The notes: generated by a model from the sequence alone, not told the origin. Positions 19,051 to 29,277 are shown, counted from the first letter of the stretch. The stretch is DNA of 64,000 nt from an uncultured virus (IMG/VR IMGVR_UViG_2522572172_000008) (IMGVR_UViG_2522572172_000008); one strand, 5' to 3'. Numbers and translations are program-made.

Positions 19051-20241
19051 TTAAACCTCAGTTTCTTCTGCCAATTTTACAATGGTAGACTTTCCTGTAC
19101 TAAATGTAGTAATGAAGGGAATATCTCTTTCTTTACACAGTGCCTTTACTTGTTTCATCGCAACATGCTTCGTTACTTTTAGCAAGAATATCACCATATC
19201 AGCTTTCTTCACAAGTGGTTCCAGTAACGTAACATGACTTCTGGCATTTGCCCACAAAAAAGAACCGCCTCTTTCCTCAATACTGGCTTTGTATAAGGCC
19301 TTTTTAGGCTCATTTCCTATTATTAGAATACTCTTACCTTTTAAAGCATCTTCATCTATTACAATTTCATCTTCTTCAATATTCTTTTCTTCTTTTTTAT
19401 TTACTGTTCGTTTGCTTTGAAATACCAATTTTGCTTCTCGTTCGCTATCTCTTATATCATATACCCAAATAACCTTTACCTTATCTGGTTTGTCAGCAGG
19501 ATACGCAATGTCCACAATCATTTCTTCCTTTAGTCTCAAATCATTAACTTCATCCACATTTAATAGGAATGAATAAGGTACCTCGCCAAACTTTATATCT
19601 CGACCATCTTCTAAACTTTTTCGTACAACTAACATATTTCCATCTTTTTCTATTGGACATAAATTAACTTGAATTCGGTTATCATCAACCTGCTTTTCTG
19701 CTCGTTTCGCTAAAGAATATTGATATTTTTTCATATCTCCATTTGCATAACCATCTTCTATTGCATAGATATAATCATGATGTTTCAATCCTAACTCTCT
19801 AATCACTTTCTCAGGTACAAAACCATCAATTTCAGGTACGAACCCACCTCTAATTTTTCGTTCAAATAAATACATCTTGTTTTTGGCAATATCTAAGGAG
19901 TTATGTATTTTATCATTTTCAATTTCTTTTTCTTCACTCTTTATACTATCAGATTCTTTCTCCTTAAAATCTGTGGTTTCTGCTTCTACATTACTATCTT
20001 CTGTATTATCTATATGAACATCTTCTTTTAATTGTCTTGTATTATCAGCGAGAATAGTCTGTAAACCCTTCTTCTTCTTCTCTAAACCCTTAATACTCTC
20101 CAGTACATCAAAATACTTTTTTATCACCTTTTTGTGCTCATCTAAATGTTCCAAAGTTAAACATTCAATTGTTTGAACTAACTCTTTTTTTATTTGTTCA
20201 ACTAATATATTATCCACAGAAAATAACCCCTTTCCATTCAT
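19051..20241 (-). CDS. Protein with C-terminal DUF2325-like domain
   Basis: ILIIG...KADMVIFLLKVTKH...CKERDIPF. Confidence 0.7.
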   Translation of the reverse strand: MNGKGLFSVDNILVEQIKKELVQTIECLTLEHLDEHKKVIKKYFDVLESIKGLEKKKKGLQTILADNTRQLKEDVHIDNTEDSNVEAETTDFKEKESDSIKSEEKEIENDKIHNSLDIAKNKMYLFERKIRGGFVPEIDGFVPEKVIRELGLKHHDYIYAIEDGYANGDMKKYQYSLAKRAEKQVDDNRIQVNLCPIEKDGNMLVVRKSLEDGRDIKFGEVPYSFLLNVDEVNDLRLKEEMIVDIAYPADKPDKVKVIWVYDIRDSEREAKLVFQSKRTVNKKEEKNIEEDEIVIDEDALKGKSILIIGNEPKKALYKASIEERGGSFLWANARSHVTLLEPLVKKADMVIFLLKVTKHVAMKQVKALCKERDIPFITTFSTGKSTIVKLAEETEV

Positions 20242-20357
20242 ATATTCATATTATATAAAGAGGTGAATAATTGCAAAAGGATATCAAGAAAATATTAGAT
20301 TTTATACAAAGAAAAAAGACTACAAATTTCGTAGCCTTTCTATCTTGATGGGCGATA

Positions 20358-20981
20358 TTACATATCAAATTTATCGTTAAAATCTTCCTCTGATACGCCA
20401 TATCTACGCTTATATTCATCTGCTGATAAAACATGTAAATCTTTTTCATCGTCCACAGTTTTAATTTCAACAATATATGTTCTGTTATCCATCACAACTG
20501 CAACATCTGTACATTCCTCTTCTAAACGTTCAAGAACCTTGTTCAACTCTTCTATAGATAGATTTTCAATCAATGAGTCATAACAGCTTAATTGAAAATA
20601 TCCATCCATCGTTTCTATTTTCTTTTCGATTAATTCTCTGTTTTGATTATCTTTTAACTCACTAACTACCCAATCCATCATACGTTTTGGTTGACTCGCT
20701 TTATACAATACCTTTTCTGGCTCAACTACTACACCATATGAACTTTCTTTAGCATCTTTAAATACTTCATAAATTGCCATGCGATGACTCGCACCTTTTA
20801 AATCAGACAACTCATCATGTCCCCAAACATCAACAAGAATGCTTCGACCTGTTAATGGATTGGAAACAGCAACGACTTCACCAACACCTTGATAATCTAA
20901 TCCATGCACATCTTTATTTTTGTGCAATAAATCCAGTAATCTATCCATATTTTCATCCATTGTAAATTGCTTTTTCATCAT
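20358..20981 (-). CDS. Hypothetical protein
   Basis: AAGGAG RBS; motif A variant at 21014-21029. Confidence 0.75.
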   Translation of the reverse strand: MMKKQFTMDENMDRLLDLLHKNKDVHGLDYQGVGEVVAVSNPLTGRSILVDVWGHDELSDLKGASHRMAIYEVFKDAKESSYGVVVEPEKVLYKASQPKRMMDWVVSELKDNQNRELIEKKIETMDGYFQLSCYDSLIENLSIEELNKVLERLEEECTDVAVVMDNRTYIVEIKTVDDEKDLHVLSADEYKRRYGVSEEDFNDKFDM

Positions 20982-21154
20982 TAACCAATCTCCTTTTTAA
21001 TTCATTCTGTATTGAATACCTATTTATATATAATCACTTATTATAAACGATTGTAAATGTCATTATTCTATGTATAAAGAAAAAGGCAGAGATACATTCC
21101 CTACCTTACTTTACAACATTCCTTTCTTTATGTACATAATATCAACACTACTTA

Positions 21155-21955
21155 TCAACGCACTTCAATTTGAATGTCTTTAAATTTATCATCTGATTTT
21201 CCAATACGAAGAGCTTGGTTAAGTGGTTTGCACTTCTCCAATAAAGCTTTCCCTCTTTCGTCTTTCGCATACCATTCATCATTTTCATTTTTCATATATT
21301 CTCGAATTGTATCCGCTTGACATACCATTGATTTTTTACTTTTAAACATATCATGGTACTCATCAAATTTAGCTAATACCTCTTCTAAATACTCATTACT
21401 TTTTAAATACTTGTACCAAAGTAATTCATAAAACATTGATAGATATTCAATTGATAGAATCGTATTTCCTATTTTACATGCAACAGGTTTTTTCCCTTTT
21501 GCATTCTCCCACTTTTTACAAGTGTAATAAAAACCACTTTCATCTTGAAACACTTTAGACTTCTGATAATGGTTTTCTATGGTGTCAAATACGTCATGTA
21601 CTGAAACTTTTGCAGATAGTGCTGAAAAACGCTTATCACCTTTTGTAGAGCATTCTAATACGTTTAACTTACGTATCTGAAGGATATTTGGCGAAACATC
21701 TGCTCCTCTTAATATACCTACATTCTCAATTTCACGTAAAATCTTCTTTTCCACTTTTTCTCTCCCAATAACAAACATCAATAGTTCTTTTGCCTTTTCA
21801 ATATCCATCTTGGCTGTACCTTCCATCACGTCTTCTTCTGTAAAAATGGCAGGAAATATATCTTTAAACTTTCCTAATTCATTAATTACGCCTGATTCCT
21901 CTACTAATTCAACTCCATAAAATACAGTCATCTGAAACCGCTCCTCTTCATCCAA
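21155..21955 (-). CDS. Hypothetical protein, possible NADAR-like domain
   Basis: LECSTKGDKRFSA...TIENHYQKSKVF...CQA. Confidence 0.5.
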   Translation of the reverse strand: MDEEERFQMTVFYGVELVEESGVINELGKFKDIFPAIFTEEDVMEGTAKMDIEKAKELLMFVIGREKVEKKILREIENVGILRGADVSPNILQIRKLNVLECSTKGDKRFSALSAKVSVHDVFDTIENHYQKSKVFQDESGFYYTCKKWENAKGKKPVACKIGNTILSIEYLSMFYELLWYKYLKSNEYLEEVLAKFDEYHDMFKSKKSMVCQADTIREYMKNENDEWYAKDERGKALLEKCKPLNQALRIGKSDDKFKDIQIEVR

Positions 21956-22036
21956 TATGAAATATACCTAATTTATAAAATATCTACTGTATTCTATTGA
22001 GTTTTCTCAGAAATTATAATTGCTGAGAAATTGAAG

Positions 22037-22068
22037 TATAATAAAATAACTTATAAAAACCAGGTAAT
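22037..22068 (+). promoter_or_regulatory. Motif A promoter
   Basis: TATAAT 22037-22042, ataaaaaccaggtaat. Confidence 0.6.
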
Positions 22069-22108
22069 GCAAACGTGCATTGAAATAAAATTTAAGGTGG
22101 AATTACTT

Positions 22109-22327
22109 ATGTTAGAAGACACATTAATTGTGGACCATACAAAAAGGAAACGAATTTTACCAAATAAATCACTATTACGTTGTCCAAAATGCAATAAGAT
22201 TGGAGAACGTCAGGTATCTGATAACAAAAAATACGTGCAATACATACATAAAAAATACAATTCGAATAAAATTCTATCTTGTATGATGAAAACACATCAG
22301 GAAAATTCACTGAAAAATAGTAAATAA
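22109..22327 (+). CDS. Small CxxC-containing protein
   Basis: CPKC; AAGGTGG RBS. Confidence 0.55.
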   Translation: MLEDTLIVDHTKRKRILPNKSLLRCPKCNKIGERQVSDNKKYVQYIHKKYNSNKILSCMMKTHQENSLKNSK

Positions 22328-22376
22328 TAATTATAAAAAAGAGATTATACTATTCTAAATTGAGGAGAATTAATTA

Positions 22377-22991
22377 ATGAAAACAATAACAATTGGTGGG
22401 CACTATACTTATGACGATGGACTAACAGAAAGCAAAACAATTATGTTTGTGATTCGAAGGGGGAAATATGAAGATGATGATGCAGAGTTTTATGATACCA
22501 TCTCATTATTCGGTTCTTACGGAGTACATCAGCGTGAATTTGAAGTAGAGTTTTTCCAAGATAAAGATGTCAGACTTGCTACACAAGAGGAAGTTAATAA
22601 ATTAAGAAGTCATTGTTCATTTACCCCTTCAACAGTAAGAAATAAAATGGACTATCTTATTTCAAAACACTGGGGCATAAACAATCGACCAAACATTGTG
22701 TTTGACCCATATGAACCTTTGGAAACAACGTATTTGGGTGCATATCACGCAGGAACAGAATCTCTTATTTTTAGGTCCGAATTTTTGATTTTAGTTGAAG
22801 AAAATGAATTTGAGAAGATTCTTCTTCATGAATTATGTCACTGGTACTTACATATAACTGGTGAGGAATATCGAGATAGAGATGTTCGTTTTGCAGAAGA
22901 ATTAATAAAAGTTGGAGCAGGTGAAACTGCAAATCTTCATAATGACGAAGCAAGAAAAGCATTCGAGATAGCATCTAATAATCTTAGGTAG
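22377..22991 (+). CDS. SprT-like zinc metalloprotease domain protein
   Basis: LGAY..., ILLHELCHWYLH, RDVRF. Confidence 0.75.
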   Translation: MKTITIGGHYTYDDGLTESKTIMFVIRRGKYEDDDAEFYDTISLFGSYGVHQREFEVEFFQDKDVRLATQEEVNKLRSHCSFTPSTVRNKMDYLISKHWGINNRPNIVFDPYEPLETTYLGAYHAGTESLIFRSEFLILVEENEFEKILLHELCHWYLHITGEEYRDRDVRFAEELIKVGAGETANLHNDEARKAFEIASNNLR

Positions 22992-23142
22992 CACAAAAAA
23001 TCCCTTGTACTAATAATTATGAATTTATCCGAATCCTACAAAAATATCAATTAAAAGTTAGGCATCCATATTAGGATGTCTTTTTTCATGTATAATACTA
23101 TTAACAGCATTTATTTTAATTTGAAGGGAGTTTTTCCATCTC

Positions 23143-23463
23143 ATGAGTGAGACAATTCGATTAATACAGATTGATGGTGAGACAGCATACATAAAGGAAG
23201 TTCCGAATACATTAGAATCCTTAAAAGATTTAATTGGTGGCGGGTATTTAGAATCATTTCCTTTCGGGTTTGGATTTATAGGATTATGTGATGAAGATGG
23301 TCTCATGAAAGAATTACCTAAGAATCCTTTAGGGATTGCAGGGTTAATGATTGTTTCAAAATATGATTCTACTCGACATGGCGAGTTAGGTAGTTTAACA
23401 GATGAAGATATTGAACAAATACAATCATTAATCGCCCAAAAAGGTATTCACTTTCTTAAATAG
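23143..23463 (+). CDS. DUF3846-like protein
   Basis: NTLESLKDLIGGG, CDEDGL..LPKN, SLTDEDI. Confidence 0.7.
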   Translation: MSETIRLIQIDGETAYIKEVPNTLESLKDLIGGGYLESFPFGFGFIGLCDEDGLMKELPKNPLGIAGLMIVSKYDSTRHGELGSLTDEDIEQIQSLIAQKGIHFLK

Positions 23464-23470
23464 AACGCAA

Positions 23471-23503
23471 AAGGTAGATGAATATATTTCATTCATCTAC
23501 CTT
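23471..23503. terminator. Bidirectional terminator
   Basis: aaggtagatgaat / attcatctacctt 13-bp stem. Confidence 0.75.
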
Positions 23504-23504
23504 C

Positions 23505-23712
23505 TCTTGAGTACCCTTACACAGAAGGGTCTTACGGGTCACCACCCGCATTATCGACTTTATCTGCTCGCTACACATCTTATTCGGTTCGCCATGCATT
23601 ACAGTATTAATGTCATAGGTAGTCGAGCTGTACTTCTCATAACATTAATCACAGAAACCTGTGTATATGCTTTTCAAAAGAAAAACTATTTTGTAGGTTT
23701 TTTACACCTTAT
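23505..23712 (-). ncRNA. Candidate structured ncRNA
   Basis: Four hairpins, possible pseudoknot, G-U pairs favour minus strand, TATAAT upstream, terminator downstream. Confidence 0.5.
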
Positions 23713-23788
23713 CTCATTATAGAGAAGTCACTACTCATTTATTCCAAAACAAAAGAACCACATCAAAAATGAATTTGAATGTAGTTCT

Positions 23789-24187
23789 TTATGCTGAAAT
23801 TTGCATATTTTGTTTCCTCATAAAATAATGATTATATATGTATTTCACAATTGCATTTACATCACCTTCAGATACATGTGTTTGTTCATTCCACATCTTA
23901 ACACGATATAAATCTTTCAACAGCCTCAATTGCATCTCTTGATTCCATTCAGAAGAAATATAAACAATGGTATTTTTAAATACAAAGCCTGATTCATATG
24001 TTTCAAGCATATATTGAATATGCCTCTCTCGTGACTTTGAGATAGACACAATCTCTTTCACTTGTGAACTTGTATATCTATACGGAAGAAAAATCAAATG
24101 AAAAGAAGATACATTCAATAATTCTTTTGCCCTTTCTAAAAACACATATAATGAATTTCTTGGTATATTGTCATGTATTTGAATCAT
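23789..24187 (-). CDS. Hypothetical protein
   Basis: 132 aa ORF. Confidence 0.65.
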   Translation of the reverse strand: MIQIHDNIPRNSLYVFLERAKELLNVSSFHLIFLPYRYTSSQVKEIVSISKSRERHIQYMLETYESGFVFKNTIVYISSEWNQEMQLRLLKDLYRVKMWNEQTHVSEGDVNAIVKYIYNHYFMRKQNMQISA

Positions 24188-24311
24188 ATTGTCTCACTCA
24201 CTTTCAGTTAATACAAATTAACACCTTATATATTCCGACCTCTACTATAAGCACTTCAATACTGAAATATTCAGCCCAATAAAAAGCAGAGTACATTTTG
24301 CACTCCGCTTT

Positions 24312-25118
24312 TCAGGCACATAATTTATATATTTGACGTATAACATTTTTATTTACAATTTTCCCATGTTCTTCTGCATACACGAATAGAACTGGCACAT
24401 TCTTTTTCTCTGAATATACCTTACTTTTTTCTTTTGCTCTTTTTACATTCTTAGAAGGGAATTTTTTTCCCTTTCGACCATTCATCAATTCTTTTTCAGA
24501 TTTAATCTGAATGGCTCCAAGCAACTTATCAGCTCTGAAAATCTTGTAATCAATAGCAAATTCAATATCTTCTCTCTCTTGTGCTCTTTGAAATCTTAAC
24601 CAACTAAATTTCTCATGTAGTTTAGAAATCGCATTTATTTCACGGGAGAATCCCATCCATGGAACATCAATAACGGAAATATAAATGAAATTTACATAAT
24701 CATTGACAGATACATAGCGTTTTCCACGTTTTATCGCTTCGTCGTACAGAAGTTCACCCATTTCAAAAATATCTTCCAATTTTCGACCATGTTCAAAATT
24801 CACAATACGCTCTTTATGTGAAAGTGATTCTTTAATCATTTCAGATTCTTTTTCATTTAATGTATACTTCTTCATAAACGCTTGTTTTTCTGGTGTCATG
24901 CGTTTAATCAAGCCATTTCTTTTCTTCCCACTTGCAAAATAAAATGATTCCCATTCATAAAAGTTTTTCGCTTTGCTTTTTTTACAAAGTTTCATAAGAT
25001 GTCCTAATGACCAAATAGAATTTAAACCTATAGATAAGCTAAGTTTATTTATTTGAGAGAAGAGCTCTGTTTTTTTGAATTTCAATCGTTCCGCTCTTGT
25101 TTTGATGATGTATTTCAT
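24312..25118 (-). CDS. MjaI-like PD-(D/E)xK endonuclease, paralog of 56059 gene
   Basis: EWESFYF, EDIEFAIDY, GAIQIKS. Confidence 0.6.
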   Translation of the reverse strand: MKYIIKTRAERLKFKKTELFSQINKLSLSIGLNSIWSLGHLMKLCKKSKAKNFYEWESFYFASGKKRNGLIKRMTPEKQAFMKKYTLNEKESEMIKESLSHKERIVNFEHGRKLEDIFEMGELLYDEAIKRGKRYVSVNDYVNFIYISVIDVPWMGFSREINAISKLHEKFSWLRFQRAQEREDIEFAIDYKIFRADKLLGAIQIKSEKELMNGRKGKKFPSKNVKRAKEKSKVYSEKKNVPVLFVYAEEHGKIVNKNVIRQIYKLCA

Positions 25119-25136
25119 TTATATTCACCGTCCTTT

Positions 25137-25191
25137 TTTACTATAGTTAATAACTAATTTTAATAATACTATTTTTATTAACTATAGTCAA
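25137..25191 (-). promoter_or_regulatory. Two tandem motif B copies
   Basis: tttactatagttaa 25137-25150, ttaactatagtcaa 25178-25191. Confidence 0.7.
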
Positions 25192-25207
25192 TAAAAATAA
25201 AAGAGAC

Positions 25208-25366
25208 CTATTTGGTCTCTTCTGATAAATCTTCATATACAACCAAGACTGAACAACCCCATGAATAACTGGCAGTAACAAATTTTATAGATGGATTCGC
25301 TAAGAATTGGTTTAATTTTTTCTCTAATCCACTGTCTGTTAATGCTGTGAATATTTTAGTCTTCAT
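25208..25366 (-). CDS. Small protein, Cse60-like pattern
   Basis: MKTKIF...LEKKLNQFL...VLVVY. Confidence 0.55.
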   Translation of the reverse strand: MKTKIFTALTDSGLEKKLNQFLANPSIKFVTASYSWGCSVLVVYEDLSEETK

Positions 25367-25747
25367 ATAAACACCTTCTTCCTTTTCCTCTAAATAAATT
25401 TTACTTAGACAAATACAAGTGGAGAAGTTTTTTAGCCAGGTATCTCTTCCTCTATCCACTTGTTATATAGAATTATAGTGTTTGTAACGAATAATAATAA
25501 TTAGACCATAGCATGAGCCGTCTCTACTTGATTTAATGCATCTTCCATTTCTTCTTTTAATAATTTTGATAATTGAACAATTTCATTTGAATGAAATCGT
25601 AAAGATACTTCACTTACCTGCTTCCTCTCTACTTCTTTAATGTAGTGAGATACAACGAAGCCCATTTAAATCTCTCTAATACGTGAGCATTAATAGAGAA
25701 ATCCATTTCCTCTCATATTTGCTACAATCAATAAAAAGAGAGCACAA

Positions 25748-26179
25748 CTACGCACTCTCTCTTTCACTCCATATTCTTTTTACATCCAATGACTGAATTG
25801 TTACTGTAGTAACTTCATCCACACAGCAATAATACGTTTGTGTCGATTGTAGTTGTTGTTTGATTTCTGAAACAGTTGCTAAATTGAATCCTTCAGAATC
25901 CTTATTCTCTATGACTTCTCCTGATTTCAATTCAATATATACGATTGATGATTTGAGCACTGGTTGTTCTGCTAATCGTACTTGAATTGACTCAAACGTG
26001 AATTTACCTTCCCCAACATGTTTACTTAAATAGGGAATTAAATCTTCCATATCTCTATCTTCTATATGTTTCGCTTCCTGCAAATCTAATGTGAATAAAA
26101 CTGCTCGTCCAAATGATGAACTCTTTCTCATTTTCTTAACATATAATCCACCATTTACTCGAATTACCTTTTTACACAT
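25748..26179 (-). CDS. Hypothetical protein
   Basis: AAGGAG RBS. Confidence 0.7.
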   Translation of the reverse strand: MCKKVIRVNGGLYVKKMRKSSSFGRAVLFTLDLQEAKHIEDRDMEDLIPYLSKHVGEGKFTFESIQVRLAEQPVLKSSIVYIELKSGEVIENKDSEGFNLATVSEIKQQLQSTQTYYCCVDEVTTVTIQSLDVKRIWSERESA

Positions 26180-26209
26180 ACCAAACACTCCTTAATAATT
26201 AATTTCTTT

Positions 26210-26242
26210 AAATACCTGTTTTGTTATAATCCATTTATTATA
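26210..26242 (-). promoter_or_regulatory. Motif A promoter
   Basis: aaatacctgttttg, attata 26237-26242. Confidence 0.7.
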
Positions 26243-26319
26243 GATTTTTGTAGAGAAAATATAAAAAAACCAAGCATGATTATCTGCTTGGCTTTCATAT
26301 CTAATATTTGTATTTATAT

Positions 26320-26736
26320 TTATGATTCTTTGTAATACGCAATAAGAGCTCTATAGTCGATATTTTGAAAGCTATCAACCATTAACTCAAAAGCATACCC
26401 ATCACCTACAGGTAGTAAGGTTTCTTGCATTTCTTTCTCCACGGTTTCACTGACTAAAGCCACCAATTCTACTTCATCCATATTTTGATTTTCCAAAACA
26501 ACTTCCTCTACTTTGTTGCCATGCCATTTTGAAACTAAAGTTGTTGCTAAATTATCAAACTTTTTCATAATAGGTTGCTCCTTCTTTTCTGTATCGTTCA
26601 TTTTCATTTGTTTATCACAATCTTCACAAACTAAAATCCCTAATTTTTCACAATAAATTGTTTTACATTCTTCAATTTCCTTATCTGTGAAAAAATGCTC
26701 ACATTTTTCGCATCTTAAATCTTCATCTACCATCAT
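26320..26736 (-). CDS. Zinc-finger hypothetical protein
   Basis: CEKC...CEDC; motif A variant at 26766-26782. Confidence 0.7.
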   Translation of the reverse strand: MMVDEDLRCEKCEHFFTDKEIEECKTIYCEKLGILVCEDCDKQMKMNDTEKKEQPIMKKFDNLATTLVSKWHGNKVEEVVLENQNMDEVELVALVSETVEKEMQETLLPVGDGYAFELMVDSFQNIDYRALIAYYKES

Positions 26737-26948
26737 TATTCGCTCCTTTTAAAATAAATTCGATTAAATACCTAATTTTTATATCCTGAGTATTATACTT
26801 TTACGATGAATTAAATATAAGAAAATACATTATTATTCACGAAAAAAAGACCCCTGTCTATAAAGAGGTCTAAATCAGTTTGTATACTTAATTATAATTT
26901 ATATTCTCCCGTTTCTACTTGTCTTTCATAACCAAAATAAAAAACATC

Positions 26949-27365
26949 TTACTTTTGGGGTAAGATGCCTGGGATACATTCTTTGCTTTCTTTCAATATT
27001 TCTATTGCAGTATCGATTTTCGTTAGCAATTCCTGATTTATATGATTAACCTGCGAAGAAGATAATGAAGGTTCATCCGTTCTTCCCAAAAGAAAATCCG
27101 ATGACACATTCAATACATCGCATAATAAATCTAACATTTCTATAGAGGGCGTACTATAGCCTGTTTCATAATTAGATATGGTAGTTTTTTTCGTATTCAC
27201 TTTTATCGCAAGTTCTTCTTGCGTTAATCCACTCCATTTTCTCGCTAATCGTAAACGCTTTTTAAATACATCTACAACACCCAATACATACTCATCCTTT
27301 ACAAACTCATAATTATTTCTATCATAAACCAAAAAAGAAAGGATTTCCACCTTTCTTCTTTTCAT
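26949..27365 (-). CDS. XRE family HTH transcriptional regulator
   Basis: GLTQEELAIKV..TTISNYETGYSTPS..LNVSSDFLLGRTD; true start probably downstream. Confidence 0.9.
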   Translation of the reverse strand: MKRRKVEILSFLVYDRNNYEFVKDEYVLGVVDVFKKRLRLARKWSGLTQEELAIKVNTKKTTISNYETGYSTPSIEMLDLLCDVLNVSSDFLLGRTDEPSLSSSQVNHINQELLTKIDTAIEILKESKECIPGILPQK

Positions 27366-27763
27366 GATTCATCCTTATTCTCTTTCAAATATAATTTTAC
27401 TTCTGACATGTTCTTAATTACTGGTTTATCTTCTTCATACTTGATTTTTACTTTGTATGTTCCTTTAGGCGTAGTTGCTGTATAAACATCATATGAATTT
27501 CCCTGCTCTAATACAATCTCTTTCTCATTCACACCAATTTCTTTAGCAATTACTTTAGTTCTTTCTATGTCACCATCAGTATCCTCTACTATTTGAAATA
27601 GCCTTTCTCCTTGAACCTTTAATGCCCAAAATCCACAAAGTACAAATAATACAACAAGGATTAATAGCACAACTGGAGGAATCCATTCACTATCCATAAA
27701 ATCATAAGTGAACCTTATATTCTTTTGTTTTTCATTTCCTTCTTTATCCAATTTAACCACCAT
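27362..27763 (-). CDS. Membrane-anchored paralog family member 1
   Basis: TM + IAKEIGV...YTATTPKGTY. Confidence 0.8.
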   Translation of the reverse strand: MVVKLDKEGNEKQKNIRFTYDFMDSEWIPPVVLLILVVLFVLCGFWALKVQGERLFQIVEDTDGDIERTKVIAKEIGVNEKEIVLEQGNSYDVYTATTPKGTYKVKIKYEEDKPVIKNMSEVKLYLKENKDES

Positions 27764-27840
27764 AATTACTCCTTTTGTAAGATGTTCACACGATTTATTT
27801 TTGTGATAACATATTTATCATTTTATTAGGATTAATAGAT

Positions 27841-28215
27841 TTAATTATCTGTAGAACCTATTTTCACTTGAGCCATATTTTCTATAACTGGTTTGGATTC
27901 TGTACTCATCTGTTTATCAAAATCTATTGTTTCTTTAACTTTTAATTGATAAACACCTTTTGAAGTTGTAGCTGTATACCATTCAATGCTTTTGATTTCC
28001 TCATTCTCATTATTTTCTTTTTTTAAGACAATTTCCTTCTTAGGAACATCTAATTCACTTGAAACAAGAGCGACAATAGCATTGTTCTTACTCTTTAAAT
28101 ATTCATCATTCATTTCATTTAAAGAGCCTATCGTTAGATTCACTACATAAATACCAGTAACAACTAAGATTAAACCAAATAAAGCTCCCCAACCCTCTTT
28201 ACTCATTTGTTTCAT
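27841..28215 (-). CDS. Membrane-anchored paralog family member 2
   Basis: TM + VSSELDVP...YTATTSKGVY. Confidence 0.8.
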   Translation of the reverse strand: MKQMSKEGWGALFGLILVVTGIYVVNLTIGSLNEMNDEYLKSKNNAIVALVSSELDVPKKEIVLKKENNENEEIKSIEWYTATTSKGVYQLKVKETIDFDKQMSTESKPVIENMAQVKIGSTDN

Positions 28216-28744
28216 TCCTCTCTTTCACTTTAATATCAAACTCTAATTGATTAGCAATGAAACGCCCCATTTCATTAGATACCATCATTGCGACACGTTC
28301 TTTAAATCCAAAGGCTAATTTACCATTATCGCTCATGCCCTGTTTGATTAATTGCTGAATGTAGGATTCAATACATTTATTAATATAATCTTCTTTACCT
28401 TCCATAATTACTTTGGTTTCAACAACAATAGTCTCACGAATTAACTCTCTAATTTCTTCCTTATCCATTTTGAGTTCATTGTGAATTAAATTTTTAAACT
28501 CCTTGTAATTGCGATGAATAGTTGTATTCTTTTCATCAATTTCTGGTGTGATAAAAAAGTGAATATGATTTGTCTTGGCTTGAATCCAACTCCCATGTAA
28601 ATCAAATTCTAAATCTGTTGATTGCAGGGTAATAACCCCATCTTTTATATTTATAATAGTATCTATCGTTCTTTGCACACCTTGATTTATACAAAAGACA
28701 CTTACACTTTGACCTTCTTGAAATAGAAACTCTTCCAAGCTCAA
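28199..28744 (-). CDS. Hypothetical protein
   Basis: GAGGAGG RBS. Confidence 0.7.
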   Translation of the reverse strand: MSLEEFLFQEGQSVSVFCINQGVQRTIDTIINIKDGVITLQSTDLEFDLHGSWIQAKTNHIHFFITPEIDEKNTTIHRNYKEFKNLIHNELKMDKEEIRELIRETIVVETKVIMEGKEDYINKCIESYIQQLIKQGMSDNGKLAFGFKERVAMMVSNEMGRFIANQLEFDIKVKERNETNE

Positions 28745-28756
28745 TTCCTCCTCTAT

Positions 28757-29092
28757 TTAAGACGCTTTTTTATTTTCATCTACTTCTTTCGTGGTGATTT
28801 TTATTTCTACAATTCTTTTAATCTTTGGTTTTTCACTATCTCTATCATTTACTTCAACAGAATATACTCCTTTTTCAGTATCCGCTTGATAGATATTCGG
28901 TTCTTTACTTCTCAAAATAATTTTCGATTCAGCAACATGAACTTCTTTTGCAATCTCTTCTCTAATCTGCGACTCATATATTTGATTTTTGTGTTCAATT
29001 GACCCGATGAAACCACTTAAAAACAAATAAATCAGCGATACGCCGAACATAATAACAATAAATCCAATAGCTAATTCAAAAAAATCATCCAT
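28757..29092 (-). CDS. Membrane-anchored paralog family member 3
   Basis: TM + IAKEVHV...YQADTEKGVY. Confidence 0.8.
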   Translation of the reverse strand: MDDFFELAIGFIVIMFGVSLIYLFLSGFIGSIEHKNQIYESQIREEIAKEVHVAESKIILRSKEPNIYQADTEKGVYSVEVNDRDSEKPKIKRIVEIKITTKEVDENKKAS

Positions 29093-29117
29093 ATAAAACA
29101 TCCTCCTCCCTATAAAA

Positions 29118-29146
29118 ATCATACTAAATTCATTAACTATAGTCAA
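29118..29146 (-). promoter_or_regulatory. Motif B promoter
   Basis: ttaactatagtcaa 29133-29146; TTGACT-17-TATGAT. Confidence 0.75.
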
Positions 29147-29277
29147 TGAATGACACATACAAAATCTACTTTCTCTGCTATTTGCAAATCCATGAGATTA
29201 TAAAAAGAACATCTAACCGAGTTATCTTCATAACTTCCTGTTTAATGAAAATAAAAAAAGACTACCAAAAAGTAGTC

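Noticed and set aside
23507..23722. 71-aa + strand ORF
   Set aside because: No RBS and it starts right after a terminator; RNA structure explains the region better.
25501..25665. 54-aa minus-strand ORF
   Set aside because: Weak RBS and no recognisable motif.
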